DNA of 64,000 nucleotides from an uncultured Actinomycetes bacterium (lineage in GTDB: Bacteria > Actinomycetota > Actinomycetes > S36-B12 > UBA10799): positions 22,046 to 86,045 of the forward strand of contig CAWJIH010000011.1 of NCBI GenBank assembly GCA_963842975.1, given 5' to 3'. Below the pieces are notes generated by a model that was given only the letters and a program-made list of their open reading frames with translations, was not told the DNA's origin and ran no database searches. Shown here piece after piece: positions 56,252-64,000 of the stretch (position 1 is its first letter; each line of letters starts with the position of its first letter). The translations under genes and the position numbers were made by a program.

Positions 56252-57698
56252 GTGCGGCGTCCTCCGAGTGCCCATAGATCGCGGCGGATCTGATCCCGGC
56301 GCGGTAGCCGGTGTCCCAGGAGGAGTCCGATGAGAGCGGCATCTTGCTGATCCACACCAGCAGGGCCCGCGATTCGGCAACTCGGGGGATCCGAACAAAC
56401 ACCGACTGACCAGCGCCTTTGACGTCGGCAACAGGCAGGAAACTCTCCAATGCACCCTGTGGGTAGGGTCCAACCGCGATCGTGAAGTCGGTTGAGGTCC
56501 CCACCAACTGAAGGTCCACGGCCGTAATCTCCTGGGTTGAGCCAAGGTCGAAGATCACACCCACACCGCGTTTGCCCCCGACATCGGAAGTGAAGTAGGA
56601 CTTCGTCGTCCAGGCCGTGCCGGGATCGGCGTCAACGATGTTCGACAGCAGGTGCGGGTATTCCAGGCCGTCGCCGTCCGGATCGATTGTGCTCATTCCA
56701 ACGATCGGCAGGATCTGTTCGTCCGCGTTGATCGGCGGCTCAGCGGCCGGAGTAACCGAGGTGATCATGCCGTCATCTGTGTCGAGGACGACCCCGTTAC
56801 CGGCAAATCCATCGTGTGAGGCCTGTGTGATTCCCACCGTGGTGATGCCCATGACCGCCGTGATGGCAGCGGCGGTCATCCCGATTCGAGCAGTCCGACT
56901 CCGGGTGTATTGCCGTCGCCTGCGAGTGGCGCCGCGGATCATCAGCGAATCCCGCACCGCGGAGAGTTCCGCCATCAGCGACCGGACCGTTGCGGTTCCG
57001 GTGGCGGCAGCGGCGAGTCCTCGGCAGACCCAATCATCGAGTTCATGAGGGACGTCGGCCACCAGACGACTCGGTGGTGGAATCCTGCCGATGGAGGTCG
57101 GCGTGGCACCGTCGCCTAAGTCATCTGGCCACGATCCGGTCAAGCACAGGTACAGCACCCCGACGAATTCTGCTGCGTCTGCGGCTCGCCAGGCCTGCTG
57201 GTCGGGTTCCCGGGAATGCATGGCGGCATCAATCTGGTATCCGCGAAGTTTCAGTTCCCCGGACCCATCGAGGTGCACCACATTCGGCTGCAGCCGGCCG
57301 TGGCTCAGTCCTGCGTCAGCAAGGGCCATCAAGCCCTGCCCAACCTCCAGCGCGATATCGACCGAAACCGCTGGGCTCAGGGGTTCCTGGGCCAGGTATT
57401 TCAGTGTCGGCAGGTCGGTCCATTCCGAGATGATCGCCAGGACCTCACCATCAGCCACAATGTCGAGCACTGGCAAGAGTGTGCGATGGTGCACGCCAGC
57501 CGCTCTGATCGCGGCCGACCGCGCAGCTGGTGCCTGGGGCGAGTTGGAGGCGATCAAACGGATGCTGACAGGTCGGTGCAGACGTTCGTCTACTCCACGC
57601 CAAATCTGCGATGTCGGCCGCACCCGGATGTCGTCGGCCAGCCGGTATCGATCCCCGAGCAAATCGCCCGCGGAATGCGGAATGGGGCCCGATGGCAT
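56241..57698 (-). CDS. pseudokinase-domain membrane protein with extracellular domain (equivalent to the C-terminal half of M. tuberculosis MviN/Rv3910)
   Basis: Kinase-like fold lacking GxGxxG, with VSIRL in place of VAIK and HGRLQPN in place of HRDxKxxN. One TM helix (GMTAAAITAVMGITTVGI) and a C-terminal extracytoplasmic domain. Start at ATG 57698. Confidence 0.75.
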   Translation of the reverse strand: MPSGPIPHSAGDLLGDRYRLADDIRVRPTSQIWRGVDERLHRPVSIRLIASNSPQAPAARSAAIRAAGVHHRTLLPVLDIVADGEVLAIISEWTDLPTLKYLAQEPLSPAVSVDIALEVGQGLMALADAGLSHGRLQPNVVHLDGSGELKLRGYQIDAAMHSREPDQQAWRAADAAEFVGVLYLCLTGSWPDDLGDGATPTSIGRIPPPSRLVADVPHELDDWVCRGLAAAATGTATVRSLMAELSAVRDSLMIRGATRRRRQYTRSRTARIGMTAAAITAVMGITTVGITQASHDGFAGNGVVLDTDDGMITSVTPAAEPPINADEQILPIVGMSTIDPDGDGLEYPHLLSNIVDADPGTAWTTKSYFTSDVGGKRGVGVIFDLGSTQEITAVDLQLVGTSTDFTIAVGPYPQGALESFLPVADVKGAGQSVFVRIPRVAESRALLVWISKMPLSSDSSWDTGYRAGIRSAAIYGHSEDAARAQ

Positions 57699-57708
57699 AA
57701 CAACAAGA

Positions 57709-59481
57709 CTAGTCGCTGTCCCCGCCGCGGTGGCGCAGTATTGGTACCCGGGCACGGACGAGTGCGATGCCATCGTTGATCTCTTCGACTCGGAGCACCT
57801 TGCAAGCGGCTACGTAGGCAAGCACTACGGCCAGACTTCCTAGCCCGAGCACCACGATCGCCAACAGCGGATAGCCCGCGAATCCAGCGGTAATTTCCGT
57901 GCCCACGAGCCCGGAGAACCACTGCCTTAGCCCGATCGCCACGGCGAAACCGACGCCGACCGACACCAATCCCGCCAGCAACATCCGTGCCAGAGCAGCG
58001 ACGGTTGGTCCGGTGTTGAGCCCACCCAAACGCCGCCTGAGCCAGGCCCAGGCCACGACGATGGCAAACCAATAGGCCACTGATTCGCCGAGAGCCAGAC
58101 TGGCGACCTTCAGTCGGGTGGGGGCCAGGCCGTAGAAGAAGACCGCGAATCCCACCAGCAGAGTGCTGAAGATCACAGTGACTACGAACGGGGAGCGGGT
58201 GTCGGACAACGCGTACCAGCCGCGGATGAGCAGGTAGAACAGCCCGAAGGGCAGCAGACCAAGCGCAAATATGGACACCACCAGGCCGGTGTACGTGGCT
58301 GCGTCTCCGGCGCCGGCCCCATAGTTGAAGACCAGAGTTGTGAGCAGCGGTCCGAAGACGATGAGCAGCACCCCAGCGGGGACGATCAGGGAACCGACCA
58401 GTCGGGCGCCCGCGGAGATCTGATCGGCGACGGCTCGGTAGTCGCCGTCAGCGGCAGCATGACTCATGCGTGGGAGCAGCGCGGTGACGATGGAGATAGT
58501 GATCACGGAAGTGGGCAGCATGTAGACCAAGTAGGCCTTGTCGAAGGTTGTGAGGCCCTGGGCAACTGTTCCTTCCTCCGCTGCCAGCACGTTGGCACCG
58601 GTGGCCAGCCGGGTGGTCACCAGCAGGGCAATCTGGTTGGCGAGCACCATGGCCACCGTCCAGCCAGCTAGCTTGGCGGTCTTGCCGAGCCCGGAACCAC
58701 GGAAATCGAATCTGGGGCGGTAGCTGAACGACACCCGGCGGAGCACGGGGATCAAGATGAGCGATTGCACCACCACACCGAGCGTGGTGCCGATTCCCAA
58801 CCAGGTGATCTGAGTGCCGGTGATGGTGTCAACCGTGGTGTCGGTCCCGGCGAACCACAGGTACCCCAGCGCCATCGTGATCACGATGACGTTGTTGGCA
58901 ACAGGGGCAAACATGGGCATTGCGAAGTGCTGTCGGGAGTTCAGCACCTGAGCCAACATGGTGTACAACCCGTAGAAGAAGATCTGCGGCAGGAAGAATC
59001 TGGCGAAGGCAACAGCCAGTTCATAGTTCTGCTGGGGGTAGTCCTCCGGGACATACAGCGAGACAAGTAAGGGCGCGCCGAGCACAGCGATCACCGAAAG
59101 CCCGATGAGGACCATCCCGGTGAGGGTGAGCAAGCGGTTGGCGTAGGCGTCCCCGCCGTCGTCGTCTTCCTTGAGGTGGCGAACCAGTTGCGGTACGAAG
59201 ACAGCCCCGAGCGCGCCGCCAACGAGCAGCAGATACACGGTGTTGGGCAGTGTGTTGCCAAGCGTGTAGGCGTCGGCCAGCGCACCAAAGCCGACCGCTG
59301 CGACCACCGCGATGTCGCGTCCGACACCGGTGACACGCGAGATGATGGTGCCGATCGCCATGACTGCGGAACTCCGCAGCATGCTGGGATCGCTCTCGGC
59401 CAGACGTGCCGAATCGACCACTTCAGATTGGCCGTCGTCAGGCGGTTCACCGAAAGCTGCAGGCTCACTCACCTTCGACAC
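57709..59481 (-). CDS. murJ: lipid II flippase MurJ (MviN)
   Basis: 590 aa polytopic MOP-superfamily protein (SSAVMAIGTIISRVTGVGRDIAVVAAVG...). Confidence 0.9.
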   Translation of the reverse strand: MSKVSEPAAFGEPPDDGQSEVVDSARLAESDPSMLRSSAVMAIGTIISRVTGVGRDIAVVAAVGFGALADAYTLGNTLPNTVYLLLVGGALGAVFVPQLVRHLKEDDDGGDAYANRLLTLTGMVLIGLSVIAVLGAPLLVSLYVPEDYPQQNYELAVAFARFFLPQIFFYGLYTMLAQVLNSRQHFAMPMFAPVANNVIVITMALGYLWFAGTDTTVDTITGTQITWLGIGTTLGVVVQSLILIPVLRRVSFSYRPRFDFRGSGLGKTAKLAGWTVAMVLANQIALLVTTRLATGANVLAAEEGTVAQGLTTFDKAYLVYMLPTSVITISIVTALLPRMSHAAADGDYRAVADQISAGARLVGSLIVPAGVLLIVFGPLLTTLVFNYGAGAGDAATYTGLVVSIFALGLLPFGLFYLLIRGWYALSDTRSPFVVTVIFSTLLVGFAVFFYGLAPTRLKVASLALGESVAYWFAIVVAWAWLRRRLGGLNTGPTVAALARMLLAGLVSVGVGFAVAIGLRQWFSGLVGTEITAGFAGYPLLAIVVLGLGSLAVVLAYVAACKVLRVEEINDGIALVRARVPILRHRGGDSD

Positions 59482-61573
59482 GCCCTGCCTCCAGCGATTC
59501 GGAATCCGTTTCAGCCGCGACGGACCCTGCGTCCTGGGCCCCGGGGGACCTCCGTCGGTACCTGCGGATCGTACTCCATCCGGCCATCAGGATGAGGGCA
59601 CCGAACGCCAGGCCCACGGCCCAGGCAGCCACCCGCGAATATGCCGAGGTGCGTAGCTCGAAATCCTCACCACGGCCGTAGGGCGACCCCTCGGGGGTCA
59701 GGAGCTGGGCAGTTACGGTCAGTGGCTCGGAACCGATGACCCGGACTGGGACCTCCAGGCTGAGGCGCTGGCCAGGCGGCACAGTGATCGGTGGGATCGG
59801 CTCAGGATCAATGCGGTACGAGGGCGTGGCCGAAAGCGTCAGACCGACGTTGACCGCCACCGCGAGGTCGTTCGAGACCGTCACCGGCACTCGTCCTTGC
59901 TCGCCGGGGAATGACACCGGCCCGGCGCTGCTGATGGTGACTTTGTCCCGTTCGGCCGAGATCTGTTCAGATGTGCGGCTCAACTGCAGGGCCCCAAGGG
60001 CGGCGTCGTTGCGCCAGGCGGCCGAGGAGCTCCGTAGCAGGGACTCCCGGAATGGGCTCAGGACGTCGCCCGGAGCGATGGCGATATCCCCGATTTCGGC
60101 CAGCGCGGCGCCTGCATTCGCCACCTGGGTCATGTGTGATCCAGAGAGTCGAGCCGCCTGCGCGAGCGGACCGAAAGGCAGAAGTTCAGCTTCCACCGTC
60201 GGCGGGTCGGTTGCGTCGAGGATGTCGCGCAACTGCACGAATTCGGCGTACTCGCCACCCTTGAGGCCAGTGAGCAGCACGTCCAACTGACGTTCTGGAG
60301 CCTGCCAGCGAGTGGTGGGTGGCAGCACAATCAGGGTGGGGCCATCCTGAGCTTGTGCCTTCAGCCCGACCAGTGCCATGAAAAGCTGGCGCCACTGCAG
60401 GGCGTTCTCGGGTCGGTCGGCGAGGAGTCGCAGGGCCAGAGCCAGATCCGCGTCGCCCACGATCCCGGTCAACGTTCCGCTGTCCGTGCCGAGGGTGACG
60501 AGCGAATTGCCAGCCGGCGAGACTCCTTCGGCGGCCAAGGCGACGTTGCGCACCCCAGCCACCCGAAGGGCATCCAGGGTGGCTTGATCGAGGCGGCCGT
60601 CGGGGGGCCAACTGAAGCCGCCGCTGACTCCGCGGCCCAGTTGCGTCGTGAGCAGTTCCGGAGCCGTGGTCGTGGCGAGTATCAGGTCGGTGAGCTGACC
60701 GGCCGACACCTCCGCCGGGGAATCCGGATCCGCGTAGGCCATGGCGGTCACGTCGGCGCGGGCGGCGGAGGAAACGGCGCTCTGAAGTTGCTCAAGCCAG
60801 GCTGTGGCGGCGGGGTCCCCGGGAAGTTCGACAGGGTTAGACGAGGCGTCAAGCTGACGATGTGGGCGGGCCAGCAGCTCGGCGCTCTGAACCGTTTGCG
60901 GATCGATCACCCAACTCACCGATTCGGTGAATCGGGCGCCCACCGTCAGAAGTTCCCGAAGCCTGCCGCCGCGATCAATCTCGGATGCCGGTGCATCGGA
61001 AATGAACACGTCTTCGCTGTCCCGGGCGGGTAGACCGACGATCGGCCAGAGGAAAGCAATCCGGGCTGGATTTGCCAGGGCACCGGGAGGGAACCAAGGC
61101 AGTAGCAGGGATGCCCGCCCGAGGATGTCGGCTTGGCCATCCACCGACTCGATACCGATCGGATACACACCAGCCGCAAGCGTCGGCAGTTCCGTGAATG
61201 GGACGGTCAGCGTGAAGGTGGACTCTTCACCGGGAGCCAGGGAAACGAATCCGGGTTGCTGATCGGCCAAAACGCCAGTGACCGGGGGTTCTTCGGTGGC
61301 CTGCACGAAGGCATCGGACGGCGCGGCCAGCGGTTCGGTGCCCACCACCATGCGCACGCCCACGTCGCGTAGCGCGACCGTCGACGCATTCCGGAGCACC
61401 CCGGATACCTCCAAGGTGTCATCTGGCTGGGGTGACGCGGGCAGCAGCGTGCGGATTTCCACATCGACCAAACCCGTCAGATCTGCTGCCGCCGCGGGGG
61501 AGAGGCCACCGACCAGCGGCGTCAAGGCGCTTGCGATCAGTAGGACAACCAGGGCGCCGATCCGCGTGATCAC
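59465..61573 (-). CDS. large conserved actinobacterial envelope protein (Rv3909-like, DUF6049)
   Basis: 702 aa. N-terminal signal/TM and a C-terminal TM anchor ([19 protein letters not shown]). Conserved position between murJ and the NUDIX gene. DUF number is recalled, not searched. Confidence 0.6.
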   Translation of the reverse strand: MITRIGALVVLLIASALTPLVGGLSPAAAADLTGLVDVEIRTLLPASPQPDDTLEVSGVLRNASTVALRDVGVRMVVGTEPLAAPSDAFVQATEEPPVTGVLADQQPGFVSLAPGEESTFTLTVPFTELPTLAAGVYPIGIESVDGQADILGRASLLLPWFPPGALANPARIAFLWPIVGLPARDSEDVFISDAPASEIDRGGRLRELLTVGARFTESVSWVIDPQTVQSAELLARPHRQLDASSNPVELPGDPAATAWLEQLQSAVSSAARADVTAMAYADPDSPAEVSAGQLTDLILATTTAPELLTTQLGRGVSGGFSWPPDGRLDQATLDALRVAGVRNVALAAEGVSPAGNSLVTLGTDSGTLTGIVGDADLALALRLLADRPENALQWRQLFMALVGLKAQAQDGPTLIVLPPTTRWQAPERQLDVLLTGLKGGEYAEFVQLRDILDATDPPTVEAELLPFGPLAQAARLSGSHMTQVANAGAALAEIGDIAIAPGDVLSPFRESLLRSSSAAWRNDAALGALQLSRTSEQISAERDKVTISSAGPVSFPGEQGRVPVTVSNDLAVAVNVGLTLSATPSYRIDPEPIPPITVPPGQRLSLEVPVRVIGSEPLTVTAQLLTPEGSPYGRGEDFELRTSAYSRVAAWAVGLAFGALILMAGWSTIRRYRRRSPGAQDAGSVAAETDSESLEAGRVEGE

Positions 61574-62034
61574 CGCAGTTCCGCGAGCAGCCTTGGGACT
61601 TTCTCCATCAGGCGCCTTTCATCGGCGTAGGTCAGTCTGGCTGCGACATCACCCACGGCCACCCAGGCAACATCGGCAACCTCGACATCGTCGGTGTTCA
61701 CTTGACCGCCGGTGCGTTCCAGAATGAAGTGGTGCACGGTCTTGTGGATTCGCTTGCCATCCGCCACAAAGGTGAAGTCAATGGAACCCAGTTCGCCGAG
61801 CACCCGTCCGGTGATGCCGGTCTCTTCCCAGATCTCCCGAGCAGCAGTCTGTTCGCGGGTCTCGCCTGGCTCGATGTGGCCCTTCGGCAACGACCACACC
61901 ATCCGGCCACGCCGGTCGTAGCGGCCGATGATGACGGTGGAGATGGGGTCGCGATTGAAGTCGATCACCAGACCGCCGGCGCTCGTCTCCTCTACGGCCG
62001 GGGGATGGCGTCGCCCTGACCGTGATCCAGACAT
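61570..62034 (-). CDS. NUDIX hydrolase (MutT4-like)
   Basis: Nudix box [22 protein letters not shown]. Start moved to ATG 62034 (MSGSRSGRR...). Confidence 0.85.
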   Translation of the reverse strand: MSGSRSGRRHPPAVEETSAGGLVIDFNRDPISTVIIGRYDRRGRMVWSLPKGHIEPGETREQTAAREIWEETGITGRVLGELGSIDFTFVADGKRIHKTVHHFILERTGGQVNTDDVEVADVAWVAVGDVAARLTYADERRLMEKVPRLLAELR

Positions 62035-62123
62035 GCCCGCCAGTCTAACTGCGCGGGAGGGTTCGTGCCGACGTTGTCGCAGCCGCGTTCGGCTGTGCCG
62101 CGCTGCTCGGTAGGCTCCCCACT

Positions 62124-63572
62124 GTGACATCGGCATCCTCAGCCAGCCTTGAGGCGGTAGCCCGGGTACGTCCGGCGCTCGCACCGGCGGTCGGACAGAT
62201 CTCGCAGATCATGGACGCATTTGCGAACGCAGGATGGGAACTGGCGTTGGTGGGTGGCAGCGTGCGGGACGCGGCCATGGGACGCACTGACAGCGACCTT
62301 GACCTCACCACCAACGCCTCGCCGGAGCACATCCTCCGCCTGGTCAAGCCCCACGCCGATGCGGTGTGGGACACCGGTATCCGCTTCGGGACCATCGGCA
62401 TGAAGCTCGGTGGCTACCAGGTCGAGATCACGACCTACCGGGCCGAGGCCTACGATCCGGACTCCCGCAAACCTCGAGTGGTGTTTGGAACGGACCTCAC
62501 TGAAGACCTGGCTCGCCGGGACTTCACTGTCAACGCCATGGCCGTGCGGCTCCCCACCGGAGCGTTCGTCGACCCCCACGGTGGAATGATCGACCTGGTC
62601 GACGGTGTGATTCGTACGCCGGCGGAACCACAGGACTCATTCGGGGATGATCCGCTGCGCATGATGCGGGCAGCCCGATTCGTCTCCCAGCTCGGATTTC
62701 GGATCGCCCCAGATACCTATCAGGCGATGGTCGAGATGGCCGACCGCATCGAAATTGTGTCAGCGGAGCGGGTTCGCGATGAGTTGGTGAAACTGATGCT
62801 CGGGCGGTATCCGGCTGCGGGGATTCGGGTCTTGACCGACACAGGTCTGGCCGCCATCGTGCTTCCGGAAGTGCCGGCGCTGTCGCTGGAGATCGATGAG
62901 CACCGGCGCCACAAGGATGTCTACGAGCATTCACTGACGGTGTTGGATCAGGCCGTTGCCCTTGAGACCGCGCACGAACCGCAATCGGATCCTGACTTCG
63001 TGCTCCGGTTCGCCGCGCTCATGCACGACATCGGCAAACCCAAGACGCGCCGCTTCACGGCCGACGGGGTGTCATTTCACCACCACGAGGTGGTGGGAGC
63101 AAAGATGACCCGCAAGCGGATGAAGGCGCTGCGATTCCCCAACGATGTGACCAACGACGTGTCGAAACTCGTTGAGCTCCACTTGCGTTTCCACGGCTAT
63201 GGATCCGGGGAGTGGACTGATTCGGCCGTCCGCCGCTACGTGCGCGACGCAGGACCACTGCTCACCCGGCTGCACAAACTCACGCGGGCGGACAGCACCA
63301 CGCGCAACCGACGCAAAGCAGCCGCCCTGCAATCCACCTACGACGACCTTGAGGACCGGATCGCACGATTGGCTGCCGATGAGGAATTGAACGCGATTCG
63401 TCCGGAGCTCGATGGTGCCGCGATCATGTCTGTGCTGGAAATCCCGCCCGGTCCAACGGTGGGTGCTGCCTACCGTCACCTGCTGGAGTATCGACTCGAG
63501 CAGGGTGCGGTTGGCGCCGAGGCGGCCGAGGCGGAGTTGCGTCGCTGGTGGTCGACTCAGAACGAGCAGTAG
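62124..63572 (+). CDS. cca: CCA tRNA nucleotidyltransferase / poly(A) polymerase family protein with HD domain
   Basis: [15 protein letters not shown]...DLDLTT nucleotidyltransferase motif and HD motif (LMHDIGKP). Confidence 0.9.
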   Translation: MTSASSASLEAVARVRPALAPAVGQISQIMDAFANAGWELALVGGSVRDAAMGRTDSDLDLTTNASPEHILRLVKPHADAVWDTGIRFGTIGMKLGGYQVEITTYRAEAYDPDSRKPRVVFGTDLTEDLARRDFTVNAMAVRLPTGAFVDPHGGMIDLVDGVIRTPAEPQDSFGDDPLRMMRAARFVSQLGFRIAPDTYQAMVEMADRIEIVSAERVRDELVKLMLGRYPAAGIRVLTDTGLAAIVLPEVPALSLEIDEHRRHKDVYEHSLTVLDQAVALETAHEPQSDPDFVLRFAALMHDIGKPKTRRFTADGVSFHHHEVVGAKMTRKRMKALRFPNDVTNDVSKLVELHLRFHGYGSGEWTDSAVRRYVRDAGPLLTRLHKLTRADSTTRNRRKAAALQSTYDDLEDRIARLAADEELNAIRPELDGAAIMSVLEIPPGPTVGAAYRHLLEYRLEQGAVGAEAAEAELRRWWSTQNEQ

Positions 63573-63578
63573 GGCTGC

Positions 63579-63971
63579 TTAGTCCGAGGCCGGTTCCGGC
63601 GCCGCCGGCGCGGCGGACGATTCTGGTGCAGCCCCGCGCAGCCACGTCACAACAGCTGCCAACCCCAGCGCAATCGCGGCGATCCACAACACCGCCGAGG
63701 CGGTGGTCGGGTTGAAGAGGAACAGGCTGCCGGTGGCGAGCGAAGCAATGCCGATGAACGCCGCGCGCCAGTGTTGGTCGAGGAACTGCCCAGCGGCACT
63801 CAGTGGGCCGTTTCGTAGCGACCAGCCCGCCTGGGTGAGCCCTCCGCTGATCGCACTGCGCAGGCTGGTGGCTGGCCGACTGCGACCGCCGAACCAGCCC
63901 AATAGCGCCACAATCACCCCAGCTGTGAACCACGCCCATACCGCTACGGTGAGGTAGCGGGTGAGCGTCAC
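63579..63971 (-). CDS. hypothetical membrane protein (4 predicted TM segments)
   Basis: 130-aa ORF with hydrophobic segments and normal GC3. I recognise no family. Confidence 0.45.
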   Translation of the reverse strand: MTLTRYLTVAVWAWFTAGVIVALLGWFGGRSRPATSLRSAISGGLTQAGWSLRNGPLSAAGQFLDQHWRAAFIGIASLATGSLFLFNPTTASAVLWIAAIALGLAAVVTWLRGAAPESSAAPAAPEPASD

Positions 63972-64000
63972 CCAGAAGATGTCCAGCAGTGCTTGAGCCT

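Noticed and set aside
57699-57773. Possible additional frame break fusing murJ to the pseudokinase gene, as in the M. tuberculosis fused MviN.
   Set aside because: The putative bridging codons have low GC3 and look intergenic. murJ has a clean stop, and the pseudokinase has an ATG 10 nt downstream.
1-64000. Window-wide search for defence systems, toxin-antitoxin pairs, transposases, integrases, prophage genes, CRISPR arrays and rRNA.
   Set aside because: No ORF shows the corresponding motifs. Every sizeable ORF with coding-like composition could be assigned to a housekeeping or envelope function, or to a simple hypothetical membrane protein.

Overview
High-GC actinobacterial chromosome segment centred on the replication origin. 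Gene order is almost colinear with the Mycobacterium tuberculosis Rv3907c-Rv3924c / Rv0001-Rv0020c neighbourhood, in reverse orientation. From right to left: cca, NUDIX (mutT4-like), Rv3909-like envelope protein, murJ, pseudokinase, sigM/anti-sigM, trxB-trxA, cwlM, parB-parA, rsmG, jag, yidC-yidD-rnpA-rpmH, then dnaA, oriC, dnaN-recF-dciA-gyrB-gyrA-DUF3566, tRNA-Ile, a DLW-39 micropeptide, tRNA-Ala, ppiA, rhomboid, crgA, trpG and pknB-pbpA-rodA-pstP-fhaB-fhaA. The left 26 kb is less conserved. It holds an atu/liu-like acyl-CoA carboxylase operon with an internal TetR gene, a 2-TM K+ channel, the proteasome activator bpa, serS, a Cof-type HAD phosphatase, a repeat-rich NlpC/P60 hydrolase, pheA, DUF4446, larB-larC, trkA-trkH, a GDPD phosphodiesterase, an FAD oxidase, nei, tRNA-Leu and two lipoprotein genes. 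I see no mobile elements, CRISPR, toxin-antitoxin or defence genes, and no convincing novel multi-gene system. The most unusual signal is that six to eight conserved genes (larB, larC, trkH, nei, pstP, pknB, possibly parA) continue in a neighbouring reading frame after single-base frame breaks. This is either uncorrected assembly indels or real gene decay/splitting. Other points worth a second look: a tandem pair of perfect parS sites, one inside a 52-54 bp perfect palindrome; an oriC with GTTATCCACA DnaA boxes plus an orphan copy 10 kb away; twin TTGAC-N6-GTCAA operators; two candidate structured RNAs; and several unannotated small ORFs. All family calls come from reading motifs by eye; no database search was run.
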